From Candidatus Uhrbacteria bacterium GW2011_GWF2_39_13 (GTDB lineage Bacteria > Patescibacteriota > Patescibacteriia > UBA9934 > GWF2-40-263): DNA of 59,900 bases. Numbering within the stretch: position 1 is the first letter of the stretch; each line of letters starts with the position of its first letter. Under the pieces are notes generated by a model. It was not told the origin of the DNA. It worked only from the letters and a program-made list of their open reading frames with translations, and did not search any database. The DNA is taken from positions 1 through 59,900 of the forward strand of contig LBWG01000008.1 of NCBI GenBank assembly GCA_000993535.1, in the 5' to 3' direction. Shown here in pieces: positions 26,233-34,020 of the stretch. A program made the translations under genes and the position numbers.

Positions 26233-27096
26233 ATGGAATTGAAAAAACAACCGCTGGCATCTTATGACCTGCATCTTCATACTTTCTGGAGTTATGATGG
26301 TTGCACATCCGTAGAGTATTATTTTCAAAGAGCTTTAGAGTTGAAACTGCGTGCGATAGCGATAACCGAACACTTTACAATGGATTCACTGCCGGACATT
26401 ATTACTGCTTCGAAAAAATACCCGGCAGTCAGATTTATACCATCAGTTGAAATGACTGTTACATGTTCAGTAGGTGCGGTGGACATACTGTGTTTTGGCA
26501 TGCCCCTTGAAATTCCAACAGAAATTGAAGAGATTTTTGAAAGATACCGTCAATGGCAAAGGGATTGTGGCGAGGCATTTTCCCGAGGCATGACGGAACT
26601 CGGATTCAATTATTCAAAAAATGAACGATTGAAACTCCTGAAGAAATACAGGCCTGCCAATGTTATAGAAAAACAGGGCGTAACACATGTGTACGGACAG
26701 AGCGCTTATTTCATAAATGCCGGGTACATAAAATCCGGGGATGACGCCAAACTTCTTAAAGAAAAAATCAGAATCCCAGAATATCCACAAGCAAGGGAAA
26801 TCTTACCAGCGTTCAAGCGTTGCGGAGCACTTATAGCTATTGCGCATCCGACACATTATTTTAATAGAAACGACATAGAGCGCATGGATGAGCTCAGAGA
26901 TGAGCTTTCATTTGAAGGAATTGAATGTGCCCATGACCTGATACCGATGGAATTGACCCATTTCTACAGAGATTATTGCTTAAAACACGGGCTTTTTTCA
27001 TCTGGAGGCTCCGACAGTCATTCTGACCCTGATAATCCCAAGATCCATATAGGGACACAGCATGAATTTGCAAGACATATCGGGGAACAAGAATAG
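26233..27096 (+). CDS. PHP-domain metal-dependent phosphoesterase
   Basis: 287 aa. YDLHLHTFWSYDG, AITEH, IAIAHP and GGSDSH motifs. Confidence 0.75.
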   Translation: MELKKQPLASYDLHLHTFWSYDGCTSVEYYFQRALELKLRAIAITEHFTMDSLPDIITASKKYPAVRFIPSVEMTVTCSVGAVDILCFGMPLEIPTEIEEIFERYRQWQRDCGEAFSRGMTELGFNYSKNERLKLLKKYRPANVIEKQGVTHVYGQSAYFINAGYIKSGDDAKLLKEKIRIPEYPQAREILPAFKRCGALIAIAHPTHYFNRNDIERMDELRDELSFEGIECAHDLIPMELTHFYRDYCLKHGLFSSGGSDSHSDPDNPKIHIGTQHEFARHIGEQE

Positions 27097-27263
27097 CTGG
27101 ATGAAATATTCCAACGACTTAAAAATAAATGAAAAAAGAGAGCCACATGTCTAACAAACTCATTTTTGTAAAGATATTTTATAATAACTGGAAGCCATTG
27201 CTTTTGTTACCATAAGCTATTACGAGCAAGAAAAAATTCCATAATAATAAGGAGAAAAAGGAA

Positions 27264-29267
27264 ATGAATTACGAGGCATGGATATGGACGGAACTTTTAG
27301 CTTTCGATAATACACAGAAAGATCAGGGTGTATCAGAATACCTCATAAAAACCGGTTTTATCCCTAAGGGAATATGTCTTCTGGTTTCATCTCCAGATTT
27401 TGTTTTGCTTCATGATGGTATCAAGGAAGAAAAGATTCTGCCGCCGGATATATGTTCACGGCGCGGACACGAGAGAAATGAAGAAAGAGAAAGGCAGGAA
27501 TGGACTAATTATCAGATAAAATCACTTGTGGAAAATCTGCACAAAAAAGGTGTTGAAGTTTATATCTCAATGTTCACATCATATATGATGGATAAATTTC
27601 ACGGCGAATGGATGAGTAAGCACCCGGAAGTCATGCAGGAATGGGATTTCCAGGGACGTTCTCCTTGCGTTAACTGCCTGCGAAGACTTAAAGACGGTAG
27701 ATATTTTGAGGATATTTTCATTGCTAAAGTTATAGAAGCCTCTAATGATTACGGTTTTGACGGCTGGCATGGACCTGATGGCTATGGGCCGTTATCATCC
27801 GGTGCATTGCCATATACAGATTGTTCCGATGACATGATGGGACAGTTTGCCGCTTATTATAAAAAACCGTTACCCGATATAGTAACATGTGATTCAATTA
27901 TTCGAATTCCGACCGTTCGAACCTTGCAGGACAGGATGAACTGGCTTTGGAGCAATCTGAGGAAAGAATGGATAGATTTCAACGTAACACGATGGGAAAC
28001 CTTCTGGAAAAAAATGGTTGACGCCCTTCACAAAAATGGGAAGAAAGCGCTGATTAATTCTGCATGGACCAGAGCATGTTTTGAAGCAATGTATCGTTAT
28101 GGTATTGATTATAGAAGGATAACAAATACCGGCGTTGATTATATGGTGGTCGAAACCGTTGCTGAAGGATTATCTTTAATAAATGAATCTATAAAAAGAA
28201 ATTTGCATCATGACTTTCTTGCCATGCTTATGGAAATAAAAGCGTTTGCTCCTGATATGAAGTTGCTCTTTCTGCATGGCGTGAAAGATGTCGTTGAAGA
28301 ATTCAATCTGCTCAGTCATGCTCCGACTTCACTGGAAAGGGATTGTTATTCTCTTGCCAATATCTATTATCAGGATAAAGAGAAATTACCGCGCCGTGCA
28401 GTGGACGGTCTTCTGGTATGCCTGGGAGACGGAATAACTTCTGAAGAATGGGAATGGCTCAAAACACGCTGGGATTTGTCCTTTGCCGCTAAATCCCGGA
28501 AAAGCGGAGAACTTACGTTTGTATGGTCTGACAATGCGTTTTATGAACTACTTGATGATTATATTCGCAATGGCACATGGAGTTCACATCTTACAGCATT
28601 TCATCTTATGGAAAGAGGCATTCAAATCCAGACGGGGGCAAGGATTGAAAATGTCGAGTTTCTGAAAGGCCCCTTACTTATACCATGTTCCCATCTTTTG
28701 CCTGACAGCGAACTGAAAAATATTCTCGCCTATGAAAACGGTCCCCTAATTCTTATTGGTAATCTTGAGGCCGAGCAAATTCCATCGAATTCCGTTTTTA
28801 TAAAATGCGGAGATATGGCATGTGCCATAATCAATTCATCCATGAAAAGACAATCCGTGATTATCCCGTATTTTTCCGGGAAATTTATTGAAGAAAAAGT
28901 ACCTTTAAGCTTCAAGGAGGATATATCCTGGTGTGAGGTTCTTGAGCTCTTCTGGGTAAGCGCTTCGGAATTCATATCCTCTGCAATCGAAGAATATAAC
29001 AGTGAAAAAGGACTTACTTCATGTACCTGTATTTCTGAAAATAACAAAGTAACCCTTATGAGTTCACAAATTGATGAACATAAAATTCATCTGGCAGTTA
29101 AAAATACCGACAGGCATTATTTGAAAAGGGAAATCAGCATAACAAAGAAACCTGATAAAATAAAAATACAAGGCAAATATCCCGCTACCGAGCTGGCCTG
29201 TAATAATAACAAATTCAGTGTGCGGATACCACCACATGGAATTATAATTCTTGAGATAAGCATCTGA
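27264..29267 (+). CDS. cytoplasmic hypothetical protein, possible glycoside-hydrolase-like TIM barrel
   Basis: 667 aa with no signal peptide. ...KKGVEVYISMF...DYGFDGWHGPDGYGP... resembles GH-like barrels. No family assignable by eye. Confidence 0.35.
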   Translation: MNYEAWIWTELLAFDNTQKDQGVSEYLIKTGFIPKGICLLVSSPDFVLLHDGIKEEKILPPDICSRRGHERNEERERQEWTNYQIKSLVENLHKKGVEVYISMFTSYMMDKFHGEWMSKHPEVMQEWDFQGRSPCVNCLRRLKDGRYFEDIFIAKVIEASNDYGFDGWHGPDGYGPLSSGALPYTDCSDDMMGQFAAYYKKPLPDIVTCDSIIRIPTVRTLQDRMNWLWSNLRKEWIDFNVTRWETFWKKMVDALHKNGKKALINSAWTRACFEAMYRYGIDYRRITNTGVDYMVVETVAEGLSLINESIKRNLHHDFLAMLMEIKAFAPDMKLLFLHGVKDVVEEFNLLSHAPTSLERDCYSLANIYYQDKEKLPRRAVDGLLVCLGDGITSEEWEWLKTRWDLSFAAKSRKSGELTFVWSDNAFYELLDDYIRNGTWSSHLTAFHLMERGIQIQTGARIENVEFLKGPLLIPCSHLLPDSELKNILAYENGPLILIGNLEAEQIPSNSVFIKCGDMACAIINSSMKRQSVIIPYFSGKFIEEKVPLSFKEDISWCEVLELFWVSASEFISSAIEEYNSEKGLTSCTCISENNKVTLMSSQIDEHKIHLAVKNTDRHYLKREISITKKPDKIKIQGKYPATELACNNNKFSVRIPPHGIIILEISI

Positions 29268-29369
29268 AAATAACTGCTGTAACCTATATCCCGTGACGCC
29301 TGTTCAGTCGCCGCAAAACAGAGTATTGGAAACTTTCAAAAAAATTCTGTTTTTTTCTTGGAAAAACTA

Positions 29370-29398
29370 TTGACTTAATTCTCCGCTTGTGTTATCAT
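29370..29398 (+). promoter_or_regulatory. sigma70-like promoter upstream of the GntR-type regulator operon
   Basis: TTGACT (29370-29375), a 17-nt spacer, then TATCAT (29393-29398), ~50 nt upstream of ATG 29450. It is followed by a tandem AGTATCC (29411-29417, 29421-29427). Confidence 0.45.
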
Positions 29399-29449
29399 TA
29401 AGATACAAACAGTATCCAAGAGTATCCTAATTGGGAAAGATGTGGATTT

Positions 29450-30634
29450 ATGAATTTGAAAAAAGAAAAAGGCAAGTCCCATAAGATAGCTGAAGCTGTA
29501 AAGTCAGAAATTGCGTCAGGCAAAATGAGGCCCGGAAACAGATTGAAGAGTGTCCGCGAACTGGCTTCTTATTTTTCTGTAAGCACGAAGGCGGCCCAGA
29601 GGGCGTTTGATACGCTGGAAATTGAAGGCTTCGTGGAGCGCAGGCAGGGTTCCGGTACTTTCGTCAGGGAAAATAAAACTTCCAGAAGCAATACAGTTTA
29701 TTTTCTTGTTCCACACGCATCGCATATTGCGTCTTCACATGAATCAAGTGTCATGCTCAATCGTATCCTTTACGGGATAACATCCGCTCCGTCACCCAGG
29801 GTATTGCCTCAATTAGTTCCTGTTTCAAAACAAAATGTCCGGAGCATAACCAAAACACCATCCGCCATAGACTGGGCAACCTTGGAGCAAATTCCCGCCG
29901 GTGCAAATGTCTTTGCAAGTGCTTTATGGTATAATAGAATTTTCCCCTTTCTCGTGGAACGCGGAGTCAAAGGGCTTCTTCTCGTTGCACAGTATGAACA
30001 GGAGCAGCAGAAAATGTATGATCTTATCAGAGATGCTTCCTGGTCGTTTATTACGATAGACCGTTTTGCCGGGATACAGAAAACCGTGGAATATCTCTAT
30101 CGTCTCGGAAGACGGCGGATTGCCGCAATAAAGCGTTGCCCTGAACAACCTGAGCATCCCTTCAGAAAAGGTTTTATAACGGCTTATGAAAATTACGATA
30201 TGGTTTTCAAAAATGATTTCTTTCATGAAATTACTCCAGAGCAATCTGAAGGCAATATGAGTGATACGGTATATGAACTCTTCAGAAAAACGAAATTCGA
30301 TTCTCTGATTTTATGTAATCCGAATATTGTCGGCGCCACATATTCAGCGCTCGCTAAAATCGGACTGAAAGTACCTGATGATGTCGCTGTAATTGCCTTC
30401 AGGGATATGCCTGAATACGTTAATTTAACTCCTGCTGTAAGCGCGTTTGATTTTTCATGGGCGGACATAGGCCGGGAAATTTCCCGTATTTTCACTTCAG
30501 ACGATCCTTTTTACAAAGATACCCGCTTCCATTCGTCAATTATCAAACGCGGCTCCACTGAGAAAAATATGCGCCCTGGTACGGATGAAGAATTCATGAC
30601 AGAACTATCCTACGCTCAGGATATAATGCAATAA
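29450..30634 (+). CDS. GntR-family wHTH regulator fused to a LacI/periplasmic-binding-protein-like sugar-sensor domain
   Basis: 394 aa. The N-terminal segment ...LKSVRELASYFSVSTKAAQRAFDTLEIEGFVERRQGSGTFV... is a GntR wHTH. The remaining ~320 aa resemble a Peripla_BP sensor domain (...DDVAVIAFRD...). Confidence 0.75.
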   Translation: MNLKKEKGKSHKIAEAVKSEIASGKMRPGNRLKSVRELASYFSVSTKAAQRAFDTLEIEGFVERRQGSGTFVRENKTSRSNTVYFLVPHASHIASSHESSVMLNRILYGITSAPSPRVLPQLVPVSKQNVRSITKTPSAIDWATLEQIPAGANVFASALWYNRIFPFLVERGVKGLLLVAQYEQEQQKMYDLIRDASWSFITIDRFAGIQKTVEYLYRLGRRRIAAIKRCPEQPEHPFRKGFITAYENYDMVFKNDFFHEITPEQSEGNMSDTVYELFRKTKFDSLILCNPNIVGATYSALAKIGLKVPDDVAVIAFRDMPEYVNLTPAVSAFDFSWADIGREISRIFTSDDPFYKDTRFHSSIIKRGSTEKNMRPGTDEEFMTELSYAQDIMQ

Positions 30635-30716
30635 AATGCCTGGAGAAAAACTTATGGAAAACAGTAACTTGAGAATTACACAATGTCAAAAAGTTTTCAA
30701 TCCAGAACACCCTCAT

Positions 30717-31319
30717 ATGGCAATGAAATATAGGAATTTTACCCTGCTCGAACTCCTCATTGTAATAGCAATCATAATGATACTGGCAAGTGTTTTACTG
30801 CCATCCCTCAGCAAGGCCAGAAGCGTAACTCAAAGAATCGCATGTACCAACATACTCAAGCAGATTTCAACGGGTACCCAGATGTACGTACAGGATTACA
30901 ATGACTGGCTGCCCAGCGGAAGTATGTACAGCGGCGGCGGCGGCACTATTTATTGGTTTGAACATGTTGGTAACTATATTAGCCGTCGCAAATCATATTT
31001 CAAATGTCCCTCTGAAAATGTTGCTGTCGGGCCCAATACTGGCGAATTTTTCTATTACACACATTATGGCATAAATTCGAGATTGACAGGGGACTATGAC
31101 CTCTTGAGAAAAGTCAGTACAATTAAAAGCCCTTCTATCGCCGCCCATTATGCAGATAACATAAACAAGGATACTTTTAGAGTCATATATGGTTTCAATG
31201 TTTCATTCAGGCATGTTGCCGGAACAGGCAATTTATGCTATCTCGACGGGCATGTGTCCAGTAAAAAAATAAATGATATTGGCAACGGTTCATCATACTT
31301 CAAAGAAGGTTTTGAGTGA
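30717..31319 (+). CDS. prepilin-type N-terminal methylation-domain protein, DUF1559-like
   Basis: The track ORF starts at 30636, 1 nt after the GntR stop. I prefer ATG 30717 (MAMKYRNFTLLELLIVIAIIMILASVLLPSLSKAR). The C-terminal HVAGTGNLCYLDG is an H-X10-DG variant. Confidence 0.8.
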   Translation: MAMKYRNFTLLELLIVIAIIMILASVLLPSLSKARSVTQRIACTNILKQISTGTQMYVQDYNDWLPSGSMYSGGGGTIYWFEHVGNYISRRKSYFKCPSENVAVGPNTGEFFYYTHYGINSRLTGDYDLLRKVSTIKSPSIAAHYADNINKDTFRVIYGFNVSFRHVAGTGNLCYLDGHVSSKKINDIGNGSSYFKEGFE

Positions 31320-31344
31320 AAAGGTGTTTCAAGTGGGGAAAATT

Positions 31345-32139
31345 ATGAAGATTTATGTTAGTGCTGATCTGGAAGGAATTTCAGGGATAGTGAATTTTGA
31401 ACAGACGGGCAGGGATAATAAAGGCCCTGAATATGAAAGGGCAAGAAGGTTGCTGACCAATGAAGTCAATACTGTTGTTGCGGCATGCAGAGAAGCCGGA
31501 GTTGAAAAGGTCGTTGTTATGGATGGTCATGCTGGCGGATATAATTTCATAGTAGAGGATTTGCATCCTGAGGGGGAATATGTCATCGGGACCAACAGGA
31601 AGAAATCTTTTGAGGGAATGACTGACGATTTTGATGGAGTTATCCTTCTGGGATATCATGCAATGGCGGGAACCGAAAATGGTGTTTTAGACCATACACA
31701 ATCATCGAAAACATGGTATAACTATTGGATCAATGATATAAAAATGGGAGAACTTGGACAGAGCGCAATTCTCGCCGGACATAGAAATATACCGGTTATT
31801 TTAGTTACCGGCGATCTTGCAGTATGCAAAGAGGCAAAGGAGCTATTGCCGCATATTGAAACTGTCGCCGTGAAAGAAGGATATTCACGCACCTGCGCCA
31901 AAATAATACCTCCCTCCGCTGCACAATTGATGATAGGGAGGGGTGTTAAAAAAGCCTTGAGTAAAATAAAAACAATGAAACCGTATAAAATCAGTTTTCC
32001 CGCAAAAGTAAAAATTGAATTCCAGACAACAGACATCGCAGACACTTATGAAAAAAATGGATGGAAGAGGGTCAGTGGCACAATTGTTGAAAAAATCGTT
32101 GATAAACCTAAAAAAGGACAGGACTTAAGAATTCTTTGA
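31345..32139 (+). CDS. M55-family D-aminopeptidase (DppA-like)
   Basis: MKIYVSADLEGISGIV... is the characteristic M55 N-terminus. I prefer the start at ATG 31345 (a GGGGAA-type purine run lies upstream) over the track start at 31273, which overlaps the preceding gene. Confidence 0.8.
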   Translation: MKIYVSADLEGISGIVNFEQTGRDNKGPEYERARRLLTNEVNTVVAACREAGVEKVVVMDGHAGGYNFIVEDLHPEGEYVIGTNRKKSFEGMTDDFDGVILLGYHAMAGTENGVLDHTQSSKTWYNYWINDIKMGELGQSAILAGHRNIPVILVTGDLAVCKEAKELLPHIETVAVKEGYSRTCAKIIPPSAAQLMIGRGVKKALSKIKTMKPYKISFPAKVKIEFQTTDIADTYEKNGWKRVSGTIVEKIVDKPKKGQDLRIL

Positions 32140-32185
32140 AAAAATTATTTTTATTGCGCAAATAAAAGACGTAGGAAAAAATCTT

Positions 32186-32953
32186 ATGAAAAACAGAGAT
32201 ATCAGAAATTTTAAATATCCGGAATGTCCTTTTGAAATAATAAAATATAGGTTTTTTACATTGGTAGAGCTTATGATTGTAATAACAATAATATTAATCC
32301 TTGCCGGACTTTTATTGCCGGCTTTGAAGAACGCAAAGAGCATGAGCCAATCTATTCTTTGCAAGGGAAATCTCAAACAGATTGGTATTGCCATGACCGG
32401 ATATGTTTCTGATTACAATGAAAAACTAATGTGGAGCGGTACTCCTTATGTAAGCGCAGCAACTGGAAACGGATCTATTCGTCCGTGGTATGAACTTCTA
32501 GGCATCTTCGGACCATACTCTATACTTGATTATGGAGTCAGAATAGCCAGTTTGGCGACAAAGAACGAACGCTATGGGAAAAATATGCTGTGTCCCAATC
32601 AGAATATATCAGATAAAACACTTTTCTCTTATGCCGATTATGCCTGCAACCGGTGGTTCTTCGGGGTAAGAACACAAACGGATACTTACAAAAATCATTC
32701 GGTTGAGATGATGCAGAAGCCAAGCCAGGTCATATTGGTGGCCGATAACGGGTACGACAGTAATTATTCAGTTTCAATGGGATGGTTTTCGGGAAATACT
32801 GCATATGATGGATACTGTATAAGGTCTAATCATATCAAAAGTGCGAACATTCTTTTCGGCGATATGCACGTAAATGGCATGAAACGCGAAGATATAGGTA
32901 ATGGCTCCTCAATACTCAGGAGTGGTTTTGATTCTTTCTCAGGATATGAATGA
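32186..32953 (+). CDS. prepilin-type N-terminal methylation-domain protein, DUF1559-like
   Basis: ...YRFFTLVELMIVITIILILAGLLLPALKNAKS... The C-terminal HIKSANILFGDM is an H-X9-D variant (Gly replaced by Met). Confidence 0.8.
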   Translation: MKNRDIRNFKYPECPFEIIKYRFFTLVELMIVITIILILAGLLLPALKNAKSMSQSILCKGNLKQIGIAMTGYVSDYNEKLMWSGTPYVSAATGNGSIRPWYELLGIFGPYSILDYGVRIASLATKNERYGKNMLCPNQNISDKTLFSYADYACNRWFFGVRTQTDTYKNHSVEMMQKPSQVILVADNGYDSNYSVSMGWFSGNTAYDGYCIRSNHIKSANILFGDMHVNGMKREDIGNGSSILRSGFDSFSGYE

Positions 32954-32980
32954 AAATTTAAATAAGGAAATATTGAAGTT

Positions 32981-34006
32981 ATGAGAATATTAGAAGACAG
33001 AAATAAAATAAAATTTACTGCAATGTTTTTTTTGTTGGCTGGAAGTGTATTTTCGTGGCACAGAGAATTATTGGCGGAAGATGGTAAAAACATAGATGAG
33101 CACCGTCTTCAGATTATGAACCTTTACAGACAGGGAACTGCTGGTATTCCGGAACTTGAAAAAGCTTTGAACGATAAGAGCACTCTTACGCGCCGTGCCG
33201 CTGTCCGTGCCTTGGCTGATATGGGTGAACCAGCCATTGGCGCATTAATCAAGGCAACGGATAATGAAGATGCGCTTGTAAGAAGGATTGCGCTTCTTGA
33301 ACTGACGAAAGCGGGCGCCGATAAGTCAACGCAATATCTGGAAAAATCACTTGCAGACAAAGATGTGACCATAAGGGAAGATGCCGTAAAAAAACTTATT
33401 GTAATTAAACCGCGAACGGAAGAAATAAAAAAACTCATGCAGCAGGCGCAGAAAGATGAATGCATGGATGTGCGCGCGCCCGTAACGGCGGCTTTATGGC
33501 CGTTTCAGAAAGAAGTTGTCCTGCTGAAGGACCGCCCTGATATGGCGGATCACACTGCCCGGATTAAACTTGAACAAAGCATAGAATTGCCTGTTAAAGG
33601 ATGGAAATTCAAAGTTGACACAAAATTGGACGGGCACGTGAGGCAATGGTTCAAACCTAATCTGAATGACTCAAAATGGAAGGATATATCGATAGGACTA
33701 TGGAAGGATGCGCATATAGGCATAGCATGGCAGCGTCTTTCCTTTACCCTGCCGTCTAAGCCTGATTTTACGGCGGTTGAACTCCGTTTCGGCGCGGTGG
33801 ATGAAAGCGCCTGGGTCTGGATCAACGGCAAGTATGCCGGGCATCACGATATCGGTCCTGAGGGATACAACAAAGAATTTTCTCTGGATGTTACCAATGA
33901 ATTAAAATGGGGCGAGAAAAACCAGTTGACAGTTCGCGTGCTCAATACAGAAGTCGGCGGGGGAATATGGAAACCCGTATATATAGATGCGTTGAAATTT
34001 AGATAA
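32981..34006 (+). CDS. secreted HEAT-repeat protein fused to a GH2 N-terminal sugar-binding (galactose-binding-like) domain, with no catalytic domain
   Basis: 341 aa. Hydrophobic N-terminus. HEAT/PBS-lyase-like repeats (RRAAVRALADMGEPAIGALIKATDNEDALVRRIALLEL). The C-terminal half matches the Glyco_hydro_2_N pattern (...WKDISIG...GIAWQRLSFTLP...VELRFGAVDESAWVWINGKYAGHH...FSLDVTNELKWGEKNQLTVRV). Confidence 0.6.
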   Translation: MRILEDRNKIKFTAMFFLLAGSVFSWHRELLAEDGKNIDEHRLQIMNLYRQGTAGIPELEKALNDKSTLTRRAAVRALADMGEPAIGALIKATDNEDALVRRIALLELTKAGADKSTQYLEKSLADKDVTIREDAVKKLIVIKPRTEEIKKLMQQAQKDECMDVRAPVTAALWPFQKEVVLLKDRPDMADHTARIKLEQSIELPVKGWKFKVDTKLDGHVRQWFKPNLNDSKWKDISIGLWKDAHIGIAWQRLSFTLPSKPDFTAVELRFGAVDESAWVWINGKYAGHHDIGPEGYNKEFSLDVTNELKWGEKNQLTVRVLNTEVGGGIWKPVYIDALKFR

Positions 34007-34020
34007 AAAAGGAAAAAGTT

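Noticed and set aside
31273-31344. N-terminal extensions proposed by the ORF track (31273 for the M55 gene; also 11944 for the GH-like gene, 14379 for the amidohydrolase, 4689 for the small orphan gene, 59720 for Rrf2 and 30636 for a DUF1559 gene)
   Set aside because: Internal starts restore the canonical family N-termini (MKIYVSADLEG, a signal peptide, [11 protein letters not shown], the FTLLELL pseudopilin leader). They remove overlaps with upstream genes and in several cases have a purine-rich SD at proper spacing.
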